Below, piece by piece: positions 1 to 10,094 of a stretch of DNA of 64,000 bases; within the stretch, counting starts at the first letter, position 1, and the number at the start of each line of letters is the position of its first letter. This stretch comes from an uncultured Chloroflexia bacterium. Lineage in GTDB: Bacteria; Chloroflexota; Limnocylindria; Limnocylindrales; CSP1-4. A program made the translations under genes and the position numbers. Where the stretch lies: the NCBI GenBank assembly GCA_963805585.1, contig CAWDUR010000017.1, positions 29,477 through 93,476 of the forward strand, in the 5' to 3' direction. The notes beneath the pieces are model-generated. The model was not told where the DNA came from and made no database searches. It saw only the letters and a list, made by a program, of their open reading frames with translations.

Positions 1-652
1 CGCCCACACCCAGCGTCTCGCGGCCATCGCGTCCGCACTATTGGAGCGCCACGGGATCGTGACTCGAAGCACCGCCGTCGCGGAGGAGGTGCCGGGCGGG
101 TTCGGGGGCATCTACCCCGTGCTCCGCGAGATGGAGGAGCGCGGTCGTGTCCGACGGGGCTATTTCGTGGAAGGGCTTGGTGGCGCTCAGTTCGCGCTGC
201 CGGGTGCGGTGGACCGCCTGCGCTCGGCACGGCCGGAGGGCGGCGGTAGTGTCGTCGGCGGCGGGACGCTGCTGCTGGCGGCGGCCGACCCGGCCAACCC
301 CTACGGCGCAGCGCTGCCGTGGCCGCGCCCCACCGATCGCCACGAGCGATCCCCGAGCCGGAGCGCCGGAGCCTACGTCGTGCTCCACGAGGGAGAGCTG
401 GTCCTCTACCTGGAACGCGGCGGACACGGGTTGCTCACGTACCCGCCCTTCGACGACGAGGCGATCGCCGCCGCCGCCCTGGAAGCCCTTGGCAGGCTCA
501 TCCTTGACGGCCGGCTTCGGCAGATCCAGCTGGAGCGGATCGACGGGGTCGCCGTCGCTGCATCGCCCCTTCGCGCTCGGCTGGACCGCGTGGGCTTTCG
601 TCCCTCATACCGCGGACTCGTCCTCGCGGCTCCGCGGACGGACGGTCGGTGA
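1..652 (+). CDS. lhr: Lhr-family helicase, C-terminal region (5' part outside window)
   Basis: Typical Lhr-CTD motifs RGYFVEGLGGAQFALPGAVDRLR and ADPANPYGAALPWP; nei follows, as in actinobacterial lhr-nei2 operons. Confidence 0.9.
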   Translation, partial: AHTQRLAAIASALLERHGIVTRSTAVAEEVPGGFGGIYPVLREMEERGRVRRGYFVEGLGGAQFALPGAVDRLRSARPEGGGSVVGGGTLLLAAADPANPYGAALPWPRPTDRHERSPSRSAGAYVVLHEGELVLYLERGGHGLLTYPPFDDEAIAAAALEALGRLILDGRLRQIQLERIDGVAVAASPLRARLDRVGFRPSYRGLVLAAPRTDGR

Positions 653-662
653 GGTTGACGAT

Positions 663-740
663 ATGGCCCGGGAGCTGCTCATGCTGCGCCGTATCCGGCG
701 GTCGCTGCACTCCGGCAGCCGGGTCCCGCGAATGTCGTAG
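663..740 (+). CDS. putative 25-aa Arg-rich small protein (MARELLMLRRIRRSLHSGSRVPRMS)
   Basis: GAGGT SD-like sequence overlapping the lhr stop, ATG at 663, TAG at 738-740; fills the lhr-nei gap. Confidence 0.4.
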   Translation: MARELLMLRRIRRSLHSGSRVPRMS

Positions 741-772
741 TCCATCACACAGACAGGAGGTGACGTCAGGTC

Positions 773-1624
773 GTGGCTGAGGGTGACACGGTCTTTCGCA
801 CCGCAGCGGTCCTGCGCCGTGCACTGGTTGGGGAGACGGTCACGGCGGCGCGTGCCCGCTCCGGCGGAGCGCAAGTGGGGCGGCTGGTAGGAGCGAAGGT
901 GACCTCGGTCACAGCACGGGGCAAGCACCTCCTCATCGACTTCGACGACGGGCTCACGCTGCACAGTCATCTCGGCTTGACCGGGGCCTGGCATCGCTAC
1001 GCACCGGGCGAGCCATGGCGGCGCCCGGCGTCCCGCGTCCTGGGGCTCCTGGAGACCGATCGGCATGTGGTCGTCTGCTTCGACGCGCCCGTCCTGGAGC
1101 TCGTCGAGCACCGAGCCCTGGCGCTGCATCCCTGGCTGGCTGGGCTGGGCCCCGATCTACTGGACGAGCCACCAGACCTGGACGGGGTCGTGGCTCGCCT
1201 GCGCGTGGAGCGGCGGGCGCAGATGAGCATCGGCGAGGCACTCCTGGACCAGCGGGTCGTCGCCGGCCTCGGCAACGTCTATCGCAGCGAGATACTGGCG
1301 CACCGCCTTGTCAGCCCGTTCCTGCCCGTACATGCCCTCTCCGATGCCACGCTGATCGGACTCCTTGAGCTGGGCCGCGACCTTCTCCGCGCCAACGTGA
1401 CGGGTGGCGACCGCGTCACGATGCCGGACTCCCTCGGCGCCGCGCCATGGGCGTCGGCAGGACTGCGGCGACAGACACGGCGCTGGGTCTATGGCAGGGC
1501 CGGTCAGCCCTGCCGTCGATGCGGGACGATGATCAGGTCGCAGCCGCTGGGGCACCCCGCGCGCCGGGTGTACTGGTGCCCGCGCTGCCAGGTCGGGCCG
1601 TCGAGCGCCGGCGACTCCGCGTGA
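773..1624 (+). CDS. nei: Fpg/Nei family DNA glycosylase (Nei2-like)
   Basis: N-terminal (M)AEGDT, RGKHL, H2TH LLDQRVVAGLGNVY, Zn finger CRRC..CPRC; AGGAGG SD upstream. Confidence 0.9.
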   Translation: MAEGDTVFRTAAVLRRALVGETVTAARARSGGAQVGRLVGAKVTSVTARGKHLLIDFDDGLTLHSHLGLTGAWHRYAPGEPWRRPASRVLGLLETDRHVVVCFDAPVLELVEHRALALHPWLAGLGPDLLDEPPDLDGVVARLRVERRAQMSIGEALLDQRVVAGLGNVYRSEILAHRLVSPFLPVHALSDATLIGLLELGRDLLRANVTGGDRVTMPDSLGAAPWASAGLRRQTRRWVYGRAGQPCRRCGTMIRSQPLGHPARRVYWCPRCQVGPSSAGDSA

Positions 1625-1659
1625 CGCAGGCGCGGCATGACCTGCCTGCGGGAGACCGA

Positions 1660-2712
1660 TCAGGCCGCCACGCGGATGTCCAGAAGGAGCTTGGCCAGCT
1701 CTCGCGCGTTGACCGCGCCGTAGTTCGCGTAGCAGTTGTTGAAAAGCACGTGCATCTCGGTGGTGCGGCTGGCGGCCTCTGAGATGCGGGGCACCCACTC
1801 GGCGAGCTCCTCGCGATCGTACAGGTACCGAAAGCGGTCGGCGGGCGTCAGGCCTTTGGCCTCCCATGTCGAGGCGTTACGCCCGTGGAAGCGCACCAGA
1901 GCGAGTCGCTCCGACGTGACGGCCTGCACGAGCGGCACGCTGCTGCGGAAGCCTTGCGGCTCGTCGACCATCACGAAGGGCAGGTCGTGCTCGTCGAGAA
2001 AGGCCAATGTGCGTTCCGCGTTCTTCTCGTTGAACCACGAGCCATGCCGGAATTCGACGGCCACCTCGAGTCCCGCCAGGCGGTCGCGCGCCTCGAGGAT
2101 GGCATCGCGGCTCTCGTGGCTGGGGAAGAACCACCTGGGGTACTGGAGCAGGATCGAGCCCAGCTGGCCGGTCTCGCGGAGTGGCTCCAGCCCTGAGGCG
2201 AAGCCGCTGAAGATGGCATCCCTGATCTCTCCGGGCAGGTCCTTGCCGTAGATGCGCGGCTTGGAGGCGAGGTGCGGCGGCAGCGCGTCTCGGATGGCCT
2301 TCGGCAGTCTCTTCGTCTCGGTGGGTTGTCCGGTCATGAGGGCGTGAGCCTTGACGTCGAAGGTGAAGTCGGGCGGTGTTCGATCACGCCAGAGCTCGGC
2401 CAGCCGAGGCGTGGGCAGCGCGTAGTAGGTGGCGTCGACTTCCACCAACGGGAACCGACTGGCGTAGTAGGCAAGTCGGTCCTCGGCGCTCGTGGCCTCA
2501 CGTGGGTAGAACACACCGGAAGCCGTCATCGTGGGGTCGGTCCACGAAGCCGTTCCCAGCAGGACGCGACCTCCGCCGGGTAGCTCGAGTGGTTCGCGGC
2601 CCGAATCGCCAGCCCAGGCACCCGCCTGTTCCGCATCGTGGGCGCCAGGATCGTGCACACTCACCGCGGAACGCCTGGCTCCGTCCGTTAGCCGGCCCTC
2701 CGTCATCGGCAC
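1660..2712 (-). CDS. DUF72 (YecE-like) protein
   Basis: GTASWTD, VEVDATYY, FDVKAH, AVEFRH, VRFHGRN, YLY, FNN motifs. Confidence 0.9.
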   Translation of the reverse strand: MPMTEGRLTDGARRSAVSVHDPGAHDAEQAGAWAGDSGREPLELPGGGRVLLGTASWTDPTMTASGVFYPREATSAEDRLAYYASRFPLVEVDATYYALPTPRLAELWRDRTPPDFTFDVKAHALMTGQPTETKRLPKAIRDALPPHLASKPRIYGKDLPGEIRDAIFSGFASGLEPLRETGQLGSILLQYPRWFFPSHESRDAILEARDRLAGLEVAVEFRHGSWFNEKNAERTLAFLDEHDLPFVMVDEPQGFRSSVPLVQAVTSERLALVRFHGRNASTWEAKGLTPADRFRYLYDREELAEWVPRISEAASRTTEMHVLFNNCYANYGAVNARELAKLLLDIRVAA

Positions 2713-2716
2713 CGCC

Positions 2717-3607
2717 TCACAGGTCTCCTTCGAGCGACTGGCACTGGACGGGGTCGCCGGTCCGGTAGCCGACCATGAACCGATCCTGGCGTTGCGCGCT
2801 GGAGCCGTGCGTCCAGCGCTCGGGGTTCACCTGGCCCGACGTGCGGCGCTGGATCCGGTCATCGCCGACGGCCGCGGCGGCGTCGAGGGCCTGCGCGATC
2901 TGTGCGTCGGTGGGCGGCTCGAGGAACCCCGTTTCCGCGGCGTTGGCCACCCAGGAACCTGAGTAGCAGTCGGCCTGCAACTCGATCCTGACTGAGAGGC
3001 CCTCCGGCCCGCTGGACCTCGTCCCGCTGTCCAGGTCACCCACGAGTCCCTGGATGTGGTGACCGTACTCGTGCGCGATGACGTAGCCCTCGGCGAGGGG
3101 GCCGCCCTCTGCGCCCAGGCTGGAGCGCAGCTCATCGAAGAAGGCGAGGTCGAGGTAGACCGAGCCGTCGAGCGGGCAGTAGAAGGGCCCGCTGGCCGAG
3201 GTGGCGAGACCGCACGTGGAAGAGACAGCGTCGCTGTAGAGGACCGTCGGAGCAGCCTCGTAGGCAAGGCCTGATGCGGCGAAGACCTCCTCCCAGTAGG
3301 CCTGGATGCTGTTGACGAAGCCGACGGCTCGGCAGTCGGTGCGTTGGTTGGCGTCTTCGCCACTCCGGCACTCCGTCGCCAGGTCCGAGCCACCGGAGAG
3401 CATCCCAGTCTGGCTGACCTGTTCGCCGGGTGCCCCTGGCGCGAGGATCGCGCCCGGGTCGCCGCCGAGCAGCGCGAAGACCACGAGCAGGAGGACGATG
3501 CCGACACCGCCGCCGCCGGCCATCGCGAGGCCTCTACCGGGGACGCCACGTCCGCGGACATCCCGCACCTGCGATGGGTCCAGTCGGACCCCCCTGCGAA
3601 ACGTCAC
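2717..3607 (-). CDS. neutral zinc metallopeptidase (YpfJ-like), membrane-anchored
   Basis: GPFYCPLD, HEYGHH, ELQADC, AVGDD, THGSS motifs; N-terminal TM segment. Confidence 0.9.
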   Translation of the reverse strand: MTFRRGVRLDPSQVRDVRGRGVPGRGLAMAGGGGVGIVLLLVVFALLGGDPGAILAPGAPGEQVSQTGMLSGGSDLATECRSGEDANQRTDCRAVGFVNSIQAYWEEVFAASGLAYEAAPTVLYSDAVSSTCGLATSASGPFYCPLDGSVYLDLAFFDELRSSLGAEGGPLAEGYVIAHEYGHHIQGLVGDLDSGTRSSGPEGLSVRIELQADCYSGSWVANAAETGFLEPPTDAQIAQALDAAAAVGDDRIQRRTSGQVNPERWTHGSSAQRQDRFMVGYRTGDPVQCQSLEGDL

Positions 3608-3699
3608 GCGCGGAGCCTACCGGCCGGTGTCGCGGTCCTGCGCAACGAAGGGCGGGAGAATGTGACAGATCCATCACGCTCGGTGTCGATGCCCGCGCG

Positions 3700-4257
3700 T
3701 CATCGCGAGGGAGGCGTTGACCGTGGCCGTCGGCGTCGGTCGCGGGCGCGCGACGCCAGGCTCGAGGCACCGGCACGACCTGCCCGCAGGCTGCGCACGG
3801 CGATCCACGTGGCGGTCACGGCGGTCGTTCGAAGGGCGCGTTCGCCGGCGCGCAGCCCGCTCCGCGTCAGCCAGCGGCCCGACGCAGCCAGGGTCGCCAG
3901 GTCCTCGGCCAGCTCGGCCTCGCCGAGGCCGGCTCGCAGGAGTTGCTCGAGTCGCTGCTCCGGCGGCAGGCCCGACAGCGCCACGTGGACGGCCGCGAGC
4001 ACGACAAGGAGGTCGTCGAGCTGGCCGATGACGGGGATGATGCCCGGCACCAGGTCGATGGGAGAGACGAGGTAGGCGGCCGCGGCCAGGAGTGCCGCCC
4101 GGCGCGCAGGCGGCACGCGGTCGTCTCGCGCCAGACCCCAGACGAGGCGCGCGTAGGCCGGCAGGCGCCGCACGATGAGCATGATCCCGCCCCCCGGGAA
4201 TGACTCGCTGGCCTCGCGATGGCCACCGGCAGCTACGTCACCGGGCTCGTGCCTCAT
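3700..4257 (-). CDS. DUF1232 (YkvA) domain membrane protein; start uncertain
   Basis: YLVSPIDLVPGIIPVIGQLDD signature. Confidence 0.8.
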   Translation of the reverse strand: MRHEPGDVAAGGHREASESFPGGGIMLIVRRLPAYARLVWGLARDDRVPPARRAALLAAAAYLVSPIDLVPGIIPVIGQLDDLLVVLAAVHVALSGLPPEQRLEQLLRAGLGEAELAEDLATLAASGRWLTRSGLRAGERALRTTAVTATWIAVRSLRAGRAGASSLASRARDRRRRPRSTPPSR

Positions 4258-4360
4258 GTGGGCGCAGCGAGACCTGGTTCCGGTACGCAACGGCCCTGGC
4301 CGAGGCCGACATGCACCCGGAGGGCCTCACCCCGTGCCCACCTTCCGAGCGCCGCGCGCT

Positions 4361-5221
4361 TCACGACAGGCCGAGAAAGGCGCGCGCCTCGCGCAGGCCC
4401 GCATCCCAGGCCAGGTTGACGCGACGTGGTGAGGCCCACCAGGCTGTCAGGCCCTCGCTCACATCGCGCCGACGCGCCTCCAGCTGGCGCCCCCACGTTC
4501 GCCATTCGAACCAGGCGGGGTGCGCCCAGATCCACGGGACGGCAGCCCATGCGAGCAGCAGGTAGTCGATGCGCAGTGGACGCGGGTACCCGATGACGAT
4601 CTCCAGCTGGCGCACCACCTCCGGCCAGACCGCCAGCGTGAGAAGCCCCAGGAGGGCTCCCCACACGAGGCCCCAGAACCGTGCGCGCGCGGGCAGGATG
4701 AGGAACAGGACGGCCGGGAACCACTTCAGTGCCGCCGCCAGCGCCCACAGGAACCCGCCCAGGCGCGGACCGCTGAAGTGGGCTGCCCAGATGCCCATGG
4801 CGCAGAGGAAGGTGATGTTGCCCGTGTCGAGCGTGGCCGCCAGGGCGGGCGTGATGAGCAGGACGAGCAGCGCTGTGGCCAGGGGATGCTGGCGGTAGGC
4901 CCACGTCACGCTCCAGGCGAAGAGGATGACGTTGACCACGCGATAGACGAACCACGCGGTCTCCCAGGGCAGCGCGGCCCACGGGGCGAACAGCGGCAGG
5001 GACCAGGACCAGTAGACATAGGGCATGTACGGCGGCGGCGGATCGAGCGGATCGCCCCCGCTCAGCCAGAGCCGGACCCCGCCCCAGTAGGCCCTCGCGT
5101 CAGCGCCGACGAGATCGCCCCGGGCCACGATCCAGACCGCGATCGCCGCGCCGCAGACGACCAGGATGAGGATCGCGGCGAGCCGCCTCGGATCTCGCAG
5201 GAAGCCGGGACGTGGCTGCAT
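4361..5221 (-). CDS. glycosyltransferase family 87-like (GT-C) membrane protein
   Basis: Multi-TM; DARAYW, PYVY, GNI and LKWFP motifs; start set by TACGAT -10 element 7 nt upstream. Confidence 0.7.
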   Translation of the reverse strand: MQPRPGFLRDPRRLAAILILVVCGAAIAVWIVARGDLVGADARAYWGGVRLWLSGGDPLDPPPPYMPYVYWSWSLPLFAPWAALPWETAWFVYRVVNVILFAWSVTWAYRQHPLATALLVLLITPALAATLDTGNITFLCAMGIWAAHFSGPRLGGFLWALAAALKWFPAVLFLILPARARFWGLVWGALLGLLTLAVWPEVVRQLEIVIGYPRPLRIDYLLLAWAAVPWIWAHPAWFEWRTWGRQLEARRRDVSEGLTAWWASPRRVNLAWDAGLREARAFLGLS

Positions 5222-5283
5222 CGTCCGCATCGTAGCGCCGCATCCACGGCGAAGCGCGGTGACGACCCGCGCTGCATCGAGGG

Positions 5284-7362
5284 TCAGCTCTGCGTCGTGA
5301 GAGTCACGAGCTCGGTACTCACCATCGGGGCGGTCCCGCCCGTGCCACCGGACACCAGGACGCTGCCGTCGCACAGCTTGGTCGCCGCCGGCGTCCAGCG
5401 TGGCACGCTGAGCGAGCCGACGGCCTCGAACGTGAGCGTCCCGGGATCGAAGACCTCGAGTGAAGCGGTTGCCGTGAGGGACTCAGCGTCCAGGCCACCG
5501 GCGATGAGGACGCGACCGTCGTCGAGGAGGGCGGCGGCATGGGCATAGCGAGGGGTGACCATCGGGCCGACCGTCGTCACGGTGTCCGACTCGGGATCGT
5601 ATAGCTGCGCAGGGGCCCCGTGCCCGATGAGCAGGACACGGCCATCACCCAGGCGCGTGGCCGTGCCTCGGTCGAAGTCCTGCACGGTCGGGGCTGCGGA
5701 GGGCGTGAAGCGCCCCGTGACCGGGTCATAGAGTTCCAGGACGGGCGTTCCGCCTCCGGCCACGAGGACCCGGTTGTCGCGCAGCAGGACCGAGACGTGC
5801 TTGGCGCGGGCGACGCTCATGGGACCAGTGGCCGTGAATGTCTCCGTGTCAGGGTCGAAGATCTCCGCAGTGGCGGTCTCGCCGCCGATGACGAGGACGC
5901 GCCCGTCGTGCATGCGGGTGGCAGACTGGAAGTGCCGCTCCTCGACCATGGGACCGATGGGCACGACGGCGGCCACCCGCAGGTCGAAGGCTTCCGCGGG
6001 GTCCGAGCTTCCGCCGGCCAGCAGGACGCGACCGTCCTCGAGCAAGGTCGCCGAGCTGGTCCGGATGCTCGACATCTCACCGGCCGGTTCGGAGACACCG
6101 CTCTCCGGAATTCGAAGAGCTCGACCTCCGGGCAGCCTCCACCCGCCAACAACACGCGCCCGTTCGCCAGGAGGGTGGCACTGTGGCCGCTGCGTGCCTT
6201 GAGCATCGGCGCGCTCGCCGACACGGTCGCCAGCGGCACGTCCGGAGCCCCGGCTGCACCGGGCTCCAGCATGATCTGGTAGACGACGGCCGTGCTCGGA
6301 CCGGCGTTGGCCAAGCGCACCGTGTCACCATCCTGCGGCGTGCCTGGGAGCTGGATGACACCTCCCTCGGCGAACGTCAAGTTCCCTTCAAGTCCTGCGG
6401 ACGATGGCACGGCGCGCTCGACGGTCCCCGTGATCGGTGCCCACGTCGACGACACGGAGCGCCAGCAGGCCATCCTCGAGCGGTGGCAGGACTGCCCCTG
6501 CGGGCACGTCCCAGCGGAGGAGGGCCAGGGTCACGGGTTCACCGCGCAAGGCCTCGACCCCCTTGACGAGCGTGTGGTACCAGGGCGACTGCATCCCGGA
6601 GTGGGTCATCGAGCAGCAACGGCTCGACTCGCGGATGGCGAAGCCGACGACGCGAGCGTCCTCCCCGGGCGTGGTCATCGACCCGAGCGCCTCTGAGCCG
6701 AAGGCCTCGAAGGGCACATCCTGCATGACGAATGTGTCGCCCGGAAGGAGAAGAGCTTCTTCATCGGCAGCCACGACCTCCGCGTCCGTCCACGAGCCCC
6801 CGGCGCGGATGACCTGCACGTCCGACCGTGGCCGGATGGCCAGCTCGCCGGATTCGACATAGCGTACGAAGGTGTTGGGTGGCACGAAGCCGGGGCCGTA
6901 GGCGACCTCCTGGTCCGTGGGGTAGACCTTGCGGAAGAACAGGACGCCGGCCAGGTCCTCCGGGATGGCGTCGCCGTCGAGTGTCACCTCGAACAGCTCC
7001 GTGGCGTGGGCGGCCTCGGCAGGCGAACCCGGGCCCGGAGCGGATAGCGACCGAAAGACCGCCGGGATGCCCAACGCGGTCCCGAGACTGATGGCGACCA
7101 CGATGACGGCCGCTCCGACCAGGCGCAGGGCGCCCATCATGTCCAGACGCTGGCCCGTCCCAGCACCCATCCACGGCACGAGGCGGGCGATGCCACCCGT
7201 CAGTCGCGAGCCCAGACGGCGCTCCTGGGGCTGGCCACGGGTGATCTCGGAGACGGATACCAGCAGCCAATCAGGGACCTCAGCATCTGCCTCGGATGCC
7301 AGCCAGGCGGCGACGCGCCCCTCGAGATCCTGGGATGGCTTGGTCAGTCCCTCATGGCTCAC
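5284..7362 (-). CDS. putative anti-sigma factor with TM segment and C-terminal Kelch repeats (frameshifts near 6420 and 6090)
   Basis: GTGA overlap with the sigma stop; N-terminal DLEGRVAAWL..VP..QPQ then TM; repeated HSATLLxxGRVLLAGG Kelch units over three frames. Confidence 0.7.
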
Positions 7363-7910
7363 GCCGATCTCTCCTTCAGCTGGGCAGGGGGCCGGGCGTC
7401 GGCCTCGACCGCTGCACGCAGTGCCTCCATGGCGTAGTGAAGCCTCGACTTGGCCGTCCCGAGCGGGATCTGCAGCGTCGTGGACAGCTCCGGAAGCGAG
7501 AGCCCCAGGTAGTAGCGCAGGACGACGACGGCCCGCTGTTCAGGACGCAGTCTGCAGAAGCCGCGCTCCAGCTGATCGCGGTCGGCTACGTCAGCGGCGT
7601 CGTCGGTATGAGGCACGTCGATCTCGATGAGGTGGACGTTCCCCCTCAGGCGCTTGCGACTGCGGAGCACGTCCATGCAGGCGTTGACGACCAGTCGATG
7701 GAGCCAGGCATCGAAGCAGTCGGGGTCGCGCAGGCCCGGAAGGTGCCGCCAGGCGTGGACGAACGCCTCCTGGACGGCATCCTGCGCGAGATCCACGTCG
7801 CGCAGGACGAGCCGCGCGATGGCGTAGAGTCGATCGGCGCTGCCGCTGGCGAGGACCTCGAAGGCCTCGTGGTCCCCAGCCCGGGCCGCTTCGACGAGTT
7901 CCCGCTGCAC
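7359..7910 (-). CDS. ECF RNA polymerase sigma factor (start 7910 or 7922)
   Basis: Region 2 AQDAVQEAF..AWLHRLVVN; region 4 LRPEQRAVVVL..GTAKSRL. Confidence 0.92.
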   Translation of the reverse strand: MQRELVEAARAGDHEAFEVLASGSADRLYAIARLVLRDVDLAQDAVQEAFVHAWRHLPGLRDPDCFDAWLHRLVVNACMDVLRSRKRLRGNVHLIEIDVPHTDDAADVADRDQLERGFCRLRPEQRAVVVLRYYLGLSLPELSTTLQIPLGTAKSRLHYAMEALRAAVEADARPPAQLKERSA

Positions 7911-7956
7911 CGGTGTCTCCATCGATCGCACGACCATCTGGTCGTGTCACCCCCTC

Positions 7957-7983
7957 TGACGGGCGACGGGTGGCGGAGGTTCA
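7957..7983 (-). promoter_or_regulatory. ECF-type promoter (TGAACC-N16-CGTCA), probably autoregulatory
   Basis: Matches the general ECF AAC...CGT consensus with 16-nt spacer, just upstream of the sigma gene. Confidence 0.6.
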
Positions 7984-8106
7984 ATGATCGCAGAGTGGCA
8001 CCGTCGTACCCGGTCGCGCAAGTGCCCACGGGCACGTCAGGTGCTTGGCTGTCGGGAGTTGCGCGATGCTGCACGTGAGCGTCAGCGCCGCTCGCACTGG
8101 CGGACG

Positions 8107-8401
8107 TCAGCGCAGGAAGGTCGCCCCACAGGTGTCGCAGACGGTGAGGAGGGCGTGTCGCTCGCGCGCGTAGCCAGCCACGTGCAGCCGGCCCGAGGCG
8201 TCACCCTTGGGGCAGACCCAGGTCCACCAGGTCACGGGTGCGCCGTTCTCGCCGGGCACCACCTCGCCGAGCGGCGTGGATGCCGAGCTGACCTTGTCCG
8301 CAAGCCCCTCGAAGGCCGCCAGCACCGCTTCGATCGCCGCGGCGCGCTCGATCCTCCGTCTCACTGCTGTACGGGTAGCTCTGACTGACGTTGGAACTCA
8401 C
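8107..8401 (-). CDS. small hypothetical, possibly Zn-binding protein (frameshift near 8352)
   Basis: VSSNVSQSYPYSSETE joined to ERAAAIEAV..WVCP..LHVAG..CDTCGATFLR. Confidence 0.6.
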
Positions 8402-8496
8402 GCTGTCACCATTCACCAGGGGGCCGGGATGGCCAGCCGCGAGGGTCGTGAGCGCGGCGCGACCGGCCTGGACCGGAGTATAGCGAGCGCCACCGC

Positions 8497-10094
8497 TCAA
8501 GTCGCCGGGGGTGTCGTCTGCGGATGGGACGCTGGAGCGGGCCGCCCGGCTGTCGGCGCCATGGGCAGGACGACACCGACGCGGGCGCCACCGGTCGGGC
8601 AGTTCTCGGCGAAGACGCGGCCGCCCAGGGCGTCGGTGAGGTCTCGCACGATGGCCAGGCCCAGGCCGGATCCACGCGTCGCCCGGGCAGGGTCGGCACG
8701 ATAGAAGCGGTCGAAGACGTGGGCGAGGGCCGCGGGCGGGATGCCCGGCCCGTCGTCACGGACGGCCAGCATGATCCCGGCACGACCCGTCCAGCCGCCA
8801 GGGCCGCCGATGGGACCCTCCGCGGCTGACAAGGTGCGGACCTCCACCCGGATGCTGCCACCGGGCGACGGGGCATGGTCGAGGGCGTTGGCGACGATGT
8901 TGCCGAGGATCCGGTCAAGGGCATCGCGGTCGGCCAGCAGCGCTGCCAGACCGGCTCGGGAGGCCTCCTCCGCCAGGGCCAGCGACTGGCCTCGTGCCTC
9001 GGCCTCGGCGGCGAAGCGCTCCACCGTTCCCATGGCCAGGTCGAGCGCGACCAGCGACTCCAGGCGCAGCGGCGGACCCTCCGAGCCGGGCATCGTGAGG
9101 TGGTCAAGGTCGGCCAGCATGCGCTCCAGGCGGCCCGCCTCGTCCGAGATGGCGATCGCCGCACGTTCAGCGGCCTCGCCGGTGGCGGTGCCGTCGCGAA
9201 GCGCCTCAGCGAAGCCGCCGATGACGGTGAGCGGCGTGCGCAGGTCGTGGCGGACGTCCGCCAGCAGTTGCCGCTGGGTCAGGCGCGTGGCGTCCACCTC
9301 CGCGGCCATGGCGTTGAAGGCGGCGCTGGCCTCGGCCACCTCCCGTGGTCCGCGGTCGGCAGGGCTTCCGGCACACGGCCCGCAGCCACCGTGCCGGAGG
9401 CCAGCGCCAGCTGCCGCAGGGGACCGCTGACCGAGCGGCCCAGTCCCACGGCCAGGGGGATGCCGACCAGCAGCAGCACGCCGGCGGCCACGGCCAGGGC
9501 CCGCATCAGGTCGCCGCTGGCCAGGCGTGCCGAGTCGTCCTCGCGGACCAGGAGCAGCGTCGGGACCGAGCGGTCAGTCGGCCGGCTCGCGGATGAGCGT
9601 GGCGGCGTAGAGGACCTCGCCCAGCCCGTCGATGACGGTCGTCCCGGTCTCCACCTGCCCGGCCAGGCCGGGTGCCTGGAAGCGCGGGGGCCGTGGCCAG
9701 CGTGGCGATGGCGTCCGTGGTCGGATCGCGGACGACCGTGCTGCCATCCGAGACGAGCAGGACCGAGATGCCGGCGGCCTCGATCTCCTCCTGCGCCTGT
9801 TCCACGAACTCCTCGAAGGCCTCGCTGGCTTGTCGACCCTGGCGGCTCTCGCGGAAGGCGCGCAGCGTGTCATCGTCGGCGTGCTCACCCCGGGCCTCGG
9901 GTCGCAGCAGCTCCAGTGGAAACCGCTGTCGAGCCTGGCTGGCGTAGGGCACCGTGAGCTCGGCCAGCGAGCCCAGGGCGGCGTCGCGGTGCAGATCGCG
10001 CAGGGCGATCCAGAGGGCACCTCCGACGGTCACCAGGGTGACCAGGGCGAAGACCAGGCAGGGCCGCGCCGACGCGGCCCGCGAGGGACGTCAT
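8497..10094 (-). CDS. membrane sensor histidine kinase (several frameshifts)
   Basis: H-box HDLRTPL, N-box NIVANAL, G1 DDGPGI, F-box FDRFYR, G2 GSGLGLAI; TM and HAMP upstream; ATGA overlap with the regulator. Confidence 0.9.
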
